64,000 bases of DNA, taken from assembly GCA_964035545.1 (NCBI GenBank), contig OZ037772.1, positions 6,246,889 through 6,310,888 on the forward strand. The letters run 5' to 3'. A model generated the notes under the pieces. The model was not told the DNA's origin. It worked only from the letters and a program-made list of their open reading frames with translations, and searched no databases. Positions 34,250-51,640 of this stretch are shown here, piece after piece. Source of the DNA: Bugula neritina. Its lineage: Eukaryota; Animalia; Bryozoa. The stretch's first letter is position 1, and each line of letters starts with the position of its first letter. A program made the position numbers and the translations under genes.

Positions 34250-35589
34250 ATTAGCATTTAAAAACCTAAATATACCAAAGCATGAACATCATAAGATGTA
34301 GGCTTAAAAAGATCAAAAAGTTGATAATCATATGTATAGATACAAATGAACTGATACAAAAGAGACACTGTGCTAATATAGCATACTATACAGTTAAAAA
34401 GTTCCTTGTTGGCTGAAAGTCAATCTTCACTAACATAATTAGCTGCTTGGAATTTCTATTGAACTCACATTAATTCAAAAGCATTTATACATCACAAATT
34501 TGCTTTGCACTAAGGATATACTTGCTATCTATTATGGTTATATAATTCTGTATAATCTATCTTTACGTCAGACCCAATCGCTGTTGAATTTCTTAATTTA
34601 CATTTCACCTATATAACAATTGCCTTGAAGTCAAATGCTGAAGTTTTCCTTGTAATCTATTTCTATGCATGCAAATGAAAGAAGATTAAATCTGCACTCA
34701 ATAAAAAAACGACATGATTTTATTAGCATTTGAAAAAACTAAATACCAACGCATGAACTTGAAAAAAAATTGATTAAACAAAAATCAAATAGATAATATA
34801 TAGACACAATTGAATTTACGTCATAAAATGATAGCACTATGCTGTGAACATACAAGCATTGAGGAAGTTCCGTGTTGACTAAAAATCAATATTTACTGAT
34901 TTAAGTAATATACTATATAATCAGCTGCTTTAAATTTGCATTGCGCCCCAATTTTTAAATGCATGTTTTGACCACAAATAAGTTTTGAATTTATTTTATA
35001 TGCTTGTTATTTTGATTGCGCATTTTTGAAAGCATCTGCAAACTTCGAGACTTTCATTGAAACGCTATTCTCTTGGCAGGACCACGAAGGTGAAAGGTAA
35101 TCAAAGGGGACCAATCGACTGATTTAAAAATAACGATCAATATTCCTTGTAGGTATCAGTATAGTTATGTTATAATAACATCAACTGCCTTTCCAAATTA
35201 TCGGTTTTATACTGTCAACTTAACTAATTCGCTACATTTTCAAAGGGCATCTTGCAAGTAGCGATTAGGCAAGTTATATATTTAATATTAGTAAATGAGC
35301 TTCTGCGTCAATTTGACTTTAGTGATTTGCAGTAAAACTATAAAAGGGGTACTCTGACAAGTGAGATTAACCGAAACTCGGTACTTTTTTCAGTCGAGAT
35401 ATAAATGCGATTTGAATATTTTAATTTTAAACCGAAACAAAGCAGAGCAGACTCTTGACTTGGCAGTTTGATTACTAACATTTCACTCAAATAAAACCAG
35501 CCTATATTGTACAATATTGGAAAGTACTCTTTATGCAAAATAATAAATACAATGGCAAACTATATATTTGCTTTACACTGGTATCTGTA

Positions 35590-35807
35590 GTCAGCAGCTG
35601 TGGTCTCGAGGCTAGTGTGTTTGCTTAGCAAAGATGAAGTCATGGGTTTGAACCTTTGGTCATTGGTGACGTTAAAAAGAGCATTTAGTCATAATTTTTC
35701 CTGCAATTAGCATGTGCCCCATCTGAACAAGTCCTTAGCCTAATCTATTAAAAACCTTTTTTAAAAGGGTTTCTCACAGGGATGGTGAATATAAACTTGC
35801 GCGAGTT
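35590..35807 (+). mobile_element. tRNA-derived SINE within a repeat unit
   Basis: gctgtggtctcgaggctagtg...gggtttgaacc plus the shared body. Confidence 0.7.
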
Positions 35808-35944
35808 TTTTATAATGGTATTTGCAATGGTGTGTGACAAGATGGTGCTGACTTGTGATGTATTACATTGTAGATCTATTTTGTACAACTACTGAGAATA
35901 TAAAACAACACAGTAGAATCTAGCAACTAACCAACTCCTAACTA

Positions 35945-36700
35945 CACAGGATAGTTAAGGGCAAGCTTTTAGCTGCAACTGCCTTGCTGAGGTCTGCATT
36001 GTAATCATATAAGAATTCAGTACCAGTAAAATAAAATCTCACTTAATTGTGCTAGAGTCAAAATTTAAAAACTATGTTGTAGATCTTCTTTTTCCCCAGT
36101 GCAACTTTTTTTGGAAATTTCAATTTTCAATTTTTCTGCAAAGTTATAGACAGAAAACTGCCCAATTTTGGCCAATTTTGCTTGAAAAGCTGACTTTTCA
36201 GTACCAGTAAAATATCTCAGCAGCAAAGTATGATATCTGAATAAAAATTGCACTGCTGGAATCCTGATATATTTCTTCAGTGTAAGCTTTTTCTTTTTCC
36301 AATAACTCTTCTAGATTGCCCATAAATTGGTGATTTATACACTGAAAATGCTATATTTTTTCATAGAAATTTAGCAGCGCGCAGTACTTCACGCTTCAAT
36401 GAGCACGTAGGGATGAGAAGATATTGGCGCGTACATACTAATTACAGGCTTGCTAGCTGGCAGGCTATAATGAATAGCTTGCTTTGTACTTTGTTTATGT
36501 AGCACCCATAATAGAATGGTGATAGATTACGCAGCCCTAATGAAGGTTGCTGCTTATTGGTTGTGGTTTGATCTTAGGCTAAACAATTGCAAGTAGGCAA
36601 CACGCATGCCACCCACAGAGCCATATTTTTCAAGAACCTAAACTACATTTTGAGAGAAATTTATGATATTCTTAGTGAGGATGCCCTTAACTATCCTGTG
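35945..36700. mobile_element. Non-autonomous TIR DNA element (MITE, 756 bp) with TA target duplication
   Basis: Perfect 19-bp TIR cacaggatagttaagggca / tgcccttaactatcctgtg flanked by TA on both sides. Empty site ctcctaacTAactcacttgaatac at ~30890-30912. Confidence 0.92.
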
Positions 36701-38897
36701 TAACTCACTTGAATACCGAGTCCAGTGTGGCCTGCTCATGTTTGAAGAGATATTGGATCATGAAGTTGTAACAGATCACTGTTTTTCTGGTTGTTAAGCT
36801 GTAGGTCAGCATCGTGCTTATTGTTTCCGTATAATGACAATGCAAATGCATCGTAAAATATTTCATCAATTTATTATGTTAGTAAACCAACATTTGTTGT
36901 TTTGTTTGCTTGCAAACAAATTATAGTTTTTGGACAAGTCAAATATCAAAATTACGTTTGCTATACATTTTCTGACAAGGTTTAGGAAAGACATTGTTTG
37001 TTATGAAACAAACAATGTCTAATTGAAAAATTACAAACACAAGCAGTATCACTTGCTGTATGGGAAAAAGTTGAATGCAACTCGGATAAAATTAGACTGC
37101 AGCATAGCCTAATATTTTGAACTACATCCTATCCACAAGCTGATCTAAGTGACACACTCTTTGCGTACTGATGCCCATTTTAGGCACTTGAATACAAAAT
37201 TGGATGCAATTCATTTCTGTTTGAAGAGATCATAGAGTATTTGTACAAACTGCACTTTGGTCATTCTAGTTTTTAATTTGTAGTTCACCATTATGCTTGG
37301 TAAAATTTAAGTGTACTAGCAATGCAGATACATGTTATAATTTGAATTTTAGGTCGAAAAAATGAATGCTATGCAGATTTAAGTTTTAGACTTGCGTTGG
37401 AATGTGTTTGAAAATTTCTTTATAAATATCAGTTTTACTAAAGTTATTATCTTAGAATTTTAATTTTAAAGCTCCTTTTTTTCATATTTTTCTTATCATG
37501 ACAATAAAAGAAGATTAACTCTGAACTCAATAAGGTGGAAGATGTGTTTTTATTAGCATTTGAAAACCTAAATATACCAAATCGTGAACATCATGAGATA
37601 TAGGCTGAAAAAAAATCCCAAAAGGTAATTATTTAATATGTAGATACAAATGAATTGATACAAAAAAGGCACTGTGCTAATATAGCAGACTATATAGTTA
37701 GAAAGTTCCTTGTTGGCTAAAAGTCAATCTTCACTAACATAATTAGATTCTTGGAATTTCTACTGAACTCACATTTTCAAAAGCATTTATAGATCACAAA
37801 TTTGTTTTGCACTGAGGCTACTGGCTATCTATTATGGTTATATAATTCTGTATAATCTATCTCTACATCAGACCCAATCACTGTTGACTTTCTTAATTTG
37901 CATTTCACTTATATAACAATCGCTTTGAAATCAAAATGCTGAAGCATTTTGAAGTTTTCCTTTTAATATAATTCTATGAAAGCAAATGAAAGAAGATTAA
38001 ATCTGCACTCAACAAAATAAACGACATAATTTTATAAGCATTTGAAAGAACTAAATACCAACGAATGAACTTCAAAAAATGGATTAAACAACGATCAAAT
38101 AGATAATATATAGACACAATTGAATTTACGTCAAAAAATGGTAGCACTATGCTGGGAACATACAAGCATTGAGGAAGTTCCGTGTTGACTAAAAAATCAA
38201 TATTCACTGATTTAAGAAATATACTATATAATCAGCTGCTTAAATTTTGCATTGCGCCCCAATTTTTAAATGCATGTTTTGGCCACAAATATGTTAAGAA
38301 TTTTGTTTATATGCTTGTTGTTTTGATTGCGCAGTTTTAAAAGCATCTGCAAACTTAGACACTTTCATTGAAAACATATATACTTTGCAGGGCCACGACA
38401 GTGAAAGGTAACCGAAGGCGCATGAGCAATCAGCCAATTTTAAAGTAACAATTAATGGGAAGAATATTTTCTTGTAGATATTGGTATTTGTGTTATATAT
38501 ATATTTGCTGCTTTTCCCAATTATCGCTTTTAGGCTGTCAACTTACCTAACTTATCCGTTACATTTTTAAAGGACATCAAGTAGCGATTAGGAAATGAGT
38601 TTCTACATTAATGTGATTTTAACAATTTGCAGTAGAACATTCTATAGTGATATAAAGAGGTATTTGTACGAGTGAGATTAATTGAAACTTGGTACTTTTC
38701 TTAGTTGAGGTATAAACTCGACATCAATATTTTAATTTTCTAAGCCAAAGCAGAGCAGACTCTTGACTTGGCACTTTGATAATTGACATTTTACTCAAAT
38801 AAAACAAGACTATATTGTACAATATTGTAAAGTACTGTTATACAGAATATATAATAGATACAATAACCAACTATGCTTGTGTTATAATGGTATGTGT

Positions 38898-39265
38898 AGG
38901 ACGCAGCTGTGGTCTATCGGCTACTGGCTAGTGCGTTTACTTAGTGAACACAAAGTCATGGGTTCGAAAAATTGGTCATGGGTGATGTTAGGAAGAGCAT
39001 TCAGCCAAAATTGTTCCTGCATGCATGTGCCTCATCTGAATAAAGGCCTCGTCGATTGTGATTTTTTGTCCATCACCATCGTTGTGTACACCCAACGATA
39101 ATGATTTTGTTTGAATTCCCTCAAATCTTTTCGTTCAAATAATGTTTCGTGTCAAATAGACGATTTCGTGTGATTCTCACGATCGTGAGATGTCCTTAGC
39201 CTGATCGACCAAAAATCTTTCTATCAGGGTATCTCACAGAGATGGTGACTATAAACGTGCGCGAA
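38898..39265 (+). mobile_element. tRNA-derived SINE interrupted by a ~150-bp insert (~39045-39195)
   Basis: gctgtggtctatcggcta...gggttcgaaa. The body is split at cctcatctgaataaa|...|tccttagcctgat. Confidence 0.62.
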
Positions 39266-40097
39266 ATAATAACAAATGATAAATGATAAATGATAAAATG
39301 ATAACACTGTGGAATCTGGCAACTAACTAACTTTTTAGTTTAGTAACTACGCAAGTATTATATATAGTTGCTGACTTTAACAATAATAAGGAACTCGTGA
39401 TGCACATATAGAAGTCATTGATCTACTAAAATTAAGATCTGAACTCTATTTGCCAATATAACAATTTGCAACAAGCATGCATTTAGCTGTGGATGTATAT
39501 AAGGAGTATACCTATAGTCTATATAGTAGTTAAGTTAGAGCCCGGCTGAACTATAAGTATGAAATCATGGTGTGGAGTGTCTACGAAAGGTGGTGTCAGA
39601 AAGAACAGAATTCATGATCACTCCTGTAGCTAGTTACGTGTCACTGAAACTAAAATTCCAATTCCACTTAAAAACTTTGCCATCAGGGGTTTACAGGAAC
39701 AGAGACTATATATATATAAGCTATAAGCAGATGTGAGCTATTAAACTGTGTTACTACATATTATTGTGATAATATTTTATATATTTTTAAGTCAATAATA
39801 AATTAACGCTTTCTAATTTTAAAATTTGCCTACAGGACTGAATCTAACATGTATTGTTATATAATATTCGGCACACATGGTAATTGTAATAAACAAGGAA
39901 TGCTGTAGATCAAAAGAGATAAAAAACATTCCGACAAATGATTTTATTCAGTTTTATTACAAACAAACATTTCTATTGAATGATGTATACATCCACAAGA
40001 ACAGGTTCTATTTATATCCCACAGATTGCTTTTTTCTAGGAGAAGAAAACTCTTGAGACTAGTAATTATGCCGATGCTCTCTTTTCAATCTATATTC

Positions 40098-41484
40098 AAG
40101 AAGATGATTTATTACTTCGAGAAGCTATCTTTACTGACAAGTAAACATCATTCTTCTTTGAATCCCAAATTAAATTTTTTTTTTCATTTATAAAAGTCAA
40201 TGATAGTAACTTTAAAAACCATGTGTGCAGTTGTTGAAAACTATTTAGACTTGAACTCATTAAAAATGAAATAATAGCGTGCATCAATAGATTTCAAATT
40301 TATTTTGGCTGATACTGACCGTCTTTTAATTTTAGGGGAAAATATTTTCTTGAACAAAGCATTTTCTGATGTGACAACATATTACCATCAGATAACCACT
40401 TCTTGTCACCAGCTGTGTGTTTCCTTCTGCTCACAGAATAAATCATGTGTTACTGTGTCATATGACAAGAATACATCAACCTGTTTCCTGTCTGATAAAC
40501 CAGAAGTGATCATCAACACAGAGCAGACTAGTAGCCTGTGTTCTGTTAAAAAGAAATACTCTGAAAAGTTGACTGTCTATGGTTTCTCTACTAATCTTGC
40601 TAAAGGTAAAGATAGCCAGTTGCTAATGCTATTTTGAGTTATAAGCTTTTTGAACATATATCAAGACTAAAAATAATGCTACAAAGTCAGTAACTTTAGT
40701 AAATCACATATATGTGACATTATATCACAATACTTTACATGATGTCATATAAGCTTTAAAGAGTATTTGCTCTTCATATTGTATAAGTCCTGTAATTCAT
40801 GTTATTCTGGTAACTTTTAGATAAAGTTGCTACATCAAGCAGCATATATGGAGCAAACTTGTCAGGGTTGAAGGCTATTGATGGAATTTATCTTCCCTCG
40901 GAAACTGGCTTAGGAGAGCAAGGAAGTTTATTTGCCACTTACCAAGAACTGTCTCCATGGCTGCAAATAGACTTAACCACTAGTCACTTTGTTGAAAGTG
41001 TCAAAATATGGGACAGATCTGAGTACAGTTTTCAAGGTCAGTGAAATGTTTGTACAGCTGTTGTATAGTTTTGACGTTTTATCTATTGCAATAGAGTCTG
41101 AACAGATTAGTGGTGAGTTATTTGTATTCAATGGTAATTTACAAAGATGTTTGCAATAGTATACTCGTAATATTTTTATATTTTCAAGGTTAAATTCAAG
41201 TTAATACAAAACTAGTTTTCAAATTTATAGATTACAATGATCGACTAGCTAATGTGAGAGTAGCAGTTGGTGAAACTGACACCAACTTTGAAGATCCACC
41301 AGAAGATGAGATCTGTGACTACCTTCCTGGACAACCACCTGCAAATATATTTCTGGTTACATGTCATACTAGAATGTATGGTAGATATGTGAGAGTAACA
41401 GCTGTTGAAGTAAATGAGCTTCTTAATATCTATGAGTTGGAAATCCATGGGTTAGAAATTGTTGAAAGTTATACTATGAACTAA
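40098..41484 (+). pseudogene. 5'-truncated PAN-F-lectin copy D. Exon-2 remnant ~40098-40140; intact exons 40336-40605, 40821-41036, 41231-41484
   Basis: Exons 3-5 are open with canonical splice sites. Only the last ~40 nt of exon 2 (gaagctatctttactgacaa|gtaa) remain. Confidence 0.78.
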
Positions 41485-42060
41485 TGTGATTCATGTTCAG
41501 TTATGTGTGTGTGTGTGTGTGGGGTGTGTGTTGCTATATATGCAATTCAATTATAAGCATTAGAGCCAAGTTGTTTGGCAACATCATCAAATGCATGCAT
41601 TCAAACAAATGATAGGATAGTTAATGCAATGGGGAGATATATAAATCAATAAGACTTTTTCAACTAGGCAGTTTGTAAAATAAATATTTCATCAGGTAGT
41701 ACAGACACCTGTTGTGACTTTGTGTTATTACGGCTGGAATATATTGTGCCATTTGATTATTTGCTGTTTCTTATATTTATAAGGTATACTCTGATAGTTT
41801 GATCCGTTGAATAGTCTCAAAACACCCATCAATGTTATAGGCTCTTGGTCTAAGTAGAAATCTGGCCATTGACTATTACACAAACCACAGATGACAAAAT
41901 TTACATTGCATTTTAAACATTTTGCTTCGTAATATTTTAGTGAATATATAGCATTCAAATACTATATAGCGTGCTGTGTTGTTTTTTGGGCCATATTTTA
42001 ATCTCTATGCTTTTGTTTTTTTATCAAATTATAGTTTACTTATCACCAGTTCAACTTTAT

Positions 42061-43329
42061 CCCTTTCACGCATGAATTATCTTTTAACAGCAAATTTTCA
42101 AATTTTTTTGCCTAATTTATTTGATTTCATGTGTCTAATCATAAATTTATAACTTTTTTCAATTTTCATTTAAAAAATGTCAAAAAAATTACTGTCCACA
42201 TATGTGGACGCCATGCATCTATTGAGTCATCTCATTGTCCACATCTGTTAACAAAATTACTATTCTGCAAAAATTTAGTATGTAAATTGTTCATTTCTCC
42301 TCCAAATTTAGTGTTTAAAGTTTGTTTACTGAGTTGAGATAGTAACAGTATATCAGTTGCATCACTGTTTAGACAAGAATTAGTCGGCAAAGTCAAAAGA
42401 TAGGTAATTTCGCAAGAAAAGTCACAATTTTTCATTTTTAGATCATCTGAGGTTGAGAATTTTTGTATTCTTATTCAGAATAGTATGAAAAATGATATAG
42501 TTTTCAATAAACTACCAATAAGGCTCTTATAATCCAGTTTTTTTTCCTTTATGTCCTTTTTTGAGGTAGCAGTGTTAGTGACCATTCAAGTAAAACTTTC
42601 AAATTTTTGTTTTATTCTAAAAAAATTTGTAAATAAAGAGTGAAGAGGTGTTTTAGTAAGTTTACAACTAGCTTTCCTTGTCACTTCTGAATTGTATAGA
42701 GAAAAATGCTTCCAAATTTGCTTTGGAAGCCCACCAATTTTATTATTTTGATAATTCCAGCCATTTTAAACTTGTAGAGACATTAAAATTTTTTGTAAAA
42801 AAAGTCAAAGCAAACAGCACAATGACTAAAAATTGTAACAACACACTCAAAGTGGGTAAAAATTACTTTTTATTCGAAATGAAATGCACTACTAGTTGCA
42901 TACTGTCCACATATGTGGACGTCCAACACTTCAATTGTTGCATGATGTCCACATATGTGGACAGCAATAAAAAACTTTCTTTTGTGAGCCTTGTAACATT
43001 TTCCATCTAAAACTTTTATAAAATAGTTAGTTCTGATTGTGGAGATGGCATAATAAAAATATGGCAGTTGAGCTGAACATTTTTAGGCTGAAAAATAAAA
43101 ATAGTGTACTGTGGAAAACTAGAAAAGCTTCCAAGTGAAACAGCAAATCGAAACTTGCTTCTCACCAGTTGACCTTGACCTTAGTGAGCAATTTGATTTG
43201 TCAACAGCATAAAAAACCTTTTAACAACACTGAGTAATCTACTAGAAAATGTGAATTATGAAAATTTGACGTGTTTTGGTATAAAAAAGGTTATAGAGTC
43301 CACATACGTGGACGCTGCGCATGAAAGGG
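42061..43329. mobile_element. piggyBac-like non-autonomous element (1269 bp) with TTAT target duplication
   Basis: ttat|ccctttca...tgaaaggg|ttat. An internal palindrome gtccacatatgtggac is repeated (~42194, 42905, 42947, variant 43298). The paralogous empty site is near 23565-23590. Confidence 0.78.
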
Positions 43330-44802
43330 TTATTGTAAAGTCATCAGTCACACTGTAGTAAAGTATACTACCAATTATAATAAATGTGTTTAATAGCTAT
43401 TATACCACACCTTTTATGAGTTAATTAAGTTTTAATTTATTCGAAAATCTGATTTACAAACTTAATTAGCATACCTATTACAGAGTAAAATCATCAGAAA
43501 TAAAAGTACTTCAGCACTTAAAGACAGTGGTGAGACACAATAACAGTGTTGTTGTCTGAACTGATGTGTATTGGCTTTGTTGAAATAAATTATAAACAAC
43601 TTTTGTGCATGAGTTCTTTCACTAAATTTAATATTGAGATCTCTGGTCTATAGAAACAAACCTTGTGTATGTTTTATGAAACTATTTTTGTTCTGTATGA
43701 GAATTGAAGTAATAGGTATGGAAGTGCAGACAATAGGTGCATGAGGAACATCATGGATATCGAATATATTTCGAACTATATTCAGTATTTGTTATAATTG
43801 CTATAATAGGAACATGCAGTAAGACCATTAGGAATAAAATTGTTTGTTTTTCAAGTTTTGTTTTCACTGCAAAAGCCCTGTGTCAAGCAGGTAACCTTAC
43901 TCATAGCAAATTGAGCTCTGTATGGCAGGAATTTTCAAGCTAACTCAATATTGTGACACTTTATACTCACAGGCTACAGCTTGTCATAATGCAATCAATA
44001 CTCCGCTGGTGTAACAAAGAAACATATGGTGGGGAAAATCAGTTCAGCTATTCACTCGAGACTGAGCAACAAAAATATGTTTATAATGACTGCCATGCTG
44101 GAGCTAGTTCCTATGAATTAAAAGAATTCTCCTCATACGCAACTTATATGTACTACATCATAACCATTAACTTGGTTATGTAGAGTGGAGAGCTTCCTGC
44201 TTAAAAATTATTGAGCATTTTTATATATCTTAACATATCAATTCTTGTAACAATCATAAAATCGTCTTTTTTATCATTTGTCGAAGCTAAACCGGTTTTT
44301 ATGTCTTAACGAACTAGCTGTAAGTTACATTCATAAATTTATGACAAAAATTGCTAGAAAGTTTGCAAGCATTTGAATATATGTTATATATAGTGTGTGA
44401 TTTGTCAATAAACACTTTACTTTAATTAATATGTTCTTCATTATATAAACATCACTAACAGTGTTGGTGCACATTAAGTCAATGTATGACTACATATGGC
44501 AATATAAGTAGTATTTATACCACAGAACATCCAGTAAAGATTTGCAATAAACAGTATAGACCCAGTTCATTGTAAATATTATAGAACCATATAATAAAAG
44601 GGCATTGATTTTATAAGGTATTTAAATGAAACATTGCCTTGATTAAAAATGCATGTTATTCACAGGGGTACAATGCTAATATTATGGTGCAAGTATATAT
44701 TGAAATGAACAGAAGCAACACATAAATAAACAAAACTCTCCTAATTTACACAAGTAGATAACTGTTCTAACATTCAGCACTTGCTAAGTTTATTTAGTAA
44801 AC

Positions 44803-44959
44803 ATGAAGCTTCCTTTGGCGTGCATACTGTTGATGTGTGAGTTTTTATCAATTCCAGCCTTGAACTTGACAGAAGAATATTATTGTACACAGCATATATC
44901 AGCGTTCAACAGCTCAGGATCTCAACTACAGGAGTCTACTCTTCAAGATTCTAGACAAG
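44803..44959 (+). other. Duplicate signal-peptide exon 1 of a PAN-F-lectin gene (alternative first exon or orphan) with a GC donor
   Basis: MKLPLACILLMCEFLSIPALNLTEEYYCTQHISAFNSSGSQLQESTLQDSRQ|gcgagc. Part of a duplication of ~43840-45640 and ~46760-48500. Confidence 0.75.
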
Positions 44960-45643
44960 GCGAGCACCTTTTACGTTGTATCAGGTCATCGAGCTGAAAT
45001 TGAAGTAGGCAAAAGTTGAAAAGGTAAATTTATGTCCTAAATCATTTTACCCTAATCATCAGCAGTTATATAGGAGTTAACAGAGTTTGATTGGCTACAA
45101 ATATGTTCTGTTTGCATTTTTCTCAATACAAAAGAAAACAGTTACTAGAACGAGATCTTGTGCTACATATTAGTTATTTTACAAAAATGAGTGTTTATAG
45201 ATGTAGCAGATAAACAAATTAATTAATCAGACAGCATAATTTTTAGAAATGAGCATGAATTTTGGCAAAACAACAAAGTCTTACAAATAAACTTTATTTA
45301 CCATCAATCAAATACAGCAATAATATTAGTATAGAAGTAAACTCTCTTCAAATACTAAATAATCTATAACTAATAGACTAAAATAACATTAACTCATTTA
45401 AATATAATGTATAGGATTTTATTCAAGTTTTAAATTTATTTATACACAAAAAAACAAAAAATGCACAATATTCAAATACAAGAAAAGTTGGTTAAAAAGT
45501 ACTATATTTCATAGTATAGATACAATGTAAGCATGCATAATGCTATCAAATAGTAACTGTACATATATATTTCATGACACAGGCTTGTTTAACAAATATA
45601 ACAGCTCAACAACTATTAGCAGTTAGGAGACACAGCTACACAC

Positions 45644-46560
<917 letters not shown>

Positions 46561-47650
46561 ATATGCTATAACGGTGATGTGCACTATAGCTAAAAATGTG
46601 ATGAAATACTGAATTAAGAGTTAACTTTAGAGTTTTTCACTTAGAAGCAATACCACATGTCATACTAAAACTAGTATATATTGTTATTAGCTCCTTTACT
46701 AAAGCTTTTGACACCATAGAAATCTTTGTGTTTATACTGCTTGAAAAAGTGACTTTGAAATTGTTTGTTTTTAAGTTTTGTTCTCACTGCAAATGTACTG
46801 CTTAGAGCAAGTAGCTTTCCTAGCAAATTACACTCTGTGTGGCCGGAAGTTACATGCTAACTCAATGCTGTGACACTATGTATTCACAGGCTACAGCTTG
46901 TCATAAGGCAATCAGTATTCTGTTGGTGTGACAAATAAACATCTTGTGGGGACAATCAGCTTGTAGCTATTCACTTGAGTCTGAGCAACAAAAGATACAT
47001 TTAGTCGACTGCCATGCCGGAGTTCCTATAATGAGTTAAAAGGATTCTCTTTATAATATGCAACTTACATCATAATAATTAAGTTAGTTGTATAAAGCAA
47101 ACAGTTTCCTACTTAACAATCATTGAGCATTGTAATATATCTTAACATATCAATTCCTGAAACAATCATGAAACTGTTATGAAATTGTTACATTCATAAG
47201 TTTATGTCAGAAATTGCTAGAAGGTTTGCAAGCAATTGAATTGATGTTATAATGTGTGATGGTTAATAAACACTTTACTATAATATTTAATATGTTCTTC
47301 ATTATATAGACATTACTATGGCAGTGTTGGTGCATCAAGTCAATGTATGAATATATACGGCAAGTAGTATTCATACCACAGTAAAGATTTTCACTAAGCA
47401 GTATAGACCCAGTTCATTGTAAATATCATTGAGCCATATGATAGAAAGGCATTCAATTTATAATGTATTTGAATAAAAACTTGCCTTAATTAAATATTTA
47501 TGCTATTCACAAGAGTATATAATGCTAATAATATAGTGCAGGTATATATTGGAATGAATGCCAGCACATGAACTATAAACAAAACTCTCCTAATTTAAAC
47601 AAGTAGATAGCTATTCTAACATTCAGCACTTGCTAAGTTTTTTAGTAAAC

Positions 47651-50466
<2,816 letters not shown>

Positions 50467-50569
50467 TATGATACAATCTTACTTGCCAAAACTTAGTCCT
50501 ACTATCATATGCTTGAGTGTGTGCGTGTTTTTGCACTCGCATCAAAGTATATAGATGTTACAGTTGTAT

Positions 50570-50860
50570 GGTTACAGGTAAAAATAGCACAGGAAAATCA
50601 TCTTGACACATTTTTAATATTAAGGTTTGGGGTGGGAAGTTAGAGATTTATTATTATATAGAAGGTTTACCATGGTGTGAGATGTAGAGGTCAGTTTTTG
50701 GATTAAAAGTTTGAGCTTGGGGTGGGGTTTGGAAAGTGTATTTGAGTTTGCGGTTTGTTGTTGGGAAAGTTTACCTACCTTTTTACCTACTTTTCCATTT
50801 GTGCCATTATTACCTGCGTTATTTCTGCCCATGCCATTTTCACTTCTGCTACTTTTACCT
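50570..50860. mobile_element. Short interspersed element with inverted ggtaaaaatggcaca-type motifs; second copy at ~58110-58460
   Basis: ggttacaggtaaaaatagcacagg at the left, tgtgccattattacc / tgccattttcac / cttttacc at the right, and a G-rich gggtttgggg core. Family not identified. Confidence 0.5.
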
Positions 50861-51346
50861 AAAATTGCATTGTTAATTATAACGACATAATTCAAAACAT
50901 GCGCATACATAACTGATGTGCGATATATTAAGTACAAAAATCAATAAACATCCATAAATAGACATTGGGGTGAATTAAATCTATAACTATTGCATCTACT
51001 AACACTATATCAGTTGTCATCTAAGTGTTTGTTGGCATAATTAGGTAGAATTTAGAGATGTTGTAACTGGTGTCTGTACTGTTCAGCTCAAGTGTATTGT
51101 GACATTACATTGTTTGCTGTTATGTAAATTAACCATATAGAAGAGTTGGATTAACATTTATATAAATGTAGGTTGGGAAAAAAAGTGTTGTTTAAGTATA
51201 ATATGATCATCAATTGTTATGCAGTACTTGGCAGTGAGTCACAAATGTCAAACTGTTTGTTAGATAACACTATACACATATTTGTTTAATAAAATTTTAG
51301 TTAATATTATTTAAACACTAAAATTATTATAAATAATATAGTTGTT

Positions 51347-51640
51347 GGGTATGAGAGAAAATAATAAGCGTAAGAGAGTGAATAATGTCTATAACAGAGC
51401 AAATAATAGGGGTATGAGAGTGCATAATGTAAGTATGGGACTGAATAATGAGCATAAAAGGAAGAGAAATAAGGGTATGGGAATGAATAATGACAGTGTG
51501 AGACCAAATAATAGACCTAAGAGCACAAATAATAAGGGTATGAGAGCAAATTATAGACCAATGAGAGCGTTTTGTGAGCATATGAGAGAGAATAATGGTT
51601 AGATACTTTATTATAAGCATATGAGATGCAATAATAAGGA
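51347..51640. repeat. Degenerate ~21-bp minisatellite (gggtatgagagNaNataataa-like)
   Basis: About 13 diverged units. Absent from the paralogous flank at ~58945. Confidence 0.8.

Larger units (their letters stand above)
28767..39335. repeat. Tandem array of ~4 diverged 2-2.6 kb non-coding units (starts ~28767, 30903, 32776 partial, 36703)
   Basis: Recurring markers cacttgaatac..gtccagtgtggcctgct, gaattct..cc.cagacatgaaggtagtt, aaagttccttgttggctgaaagtcaatcttcactaac and aagttccgtgttgactaaaaatcaat. A terminal SINE occurs in three units. Confidence 0.88.

Noticed and set aside
50620-50937. ORF duplicated at 58303-58536
   Set aside because: It spans a short repetitive element within a recent segmental duplication, with no splice or domain support.
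51347-51640. CRISPR-like array or Asn-rich coding repeat
   Set aside because: Contiguous degenerate 21-mers without unique spacers, in a eukaryotic context with no cas genes.
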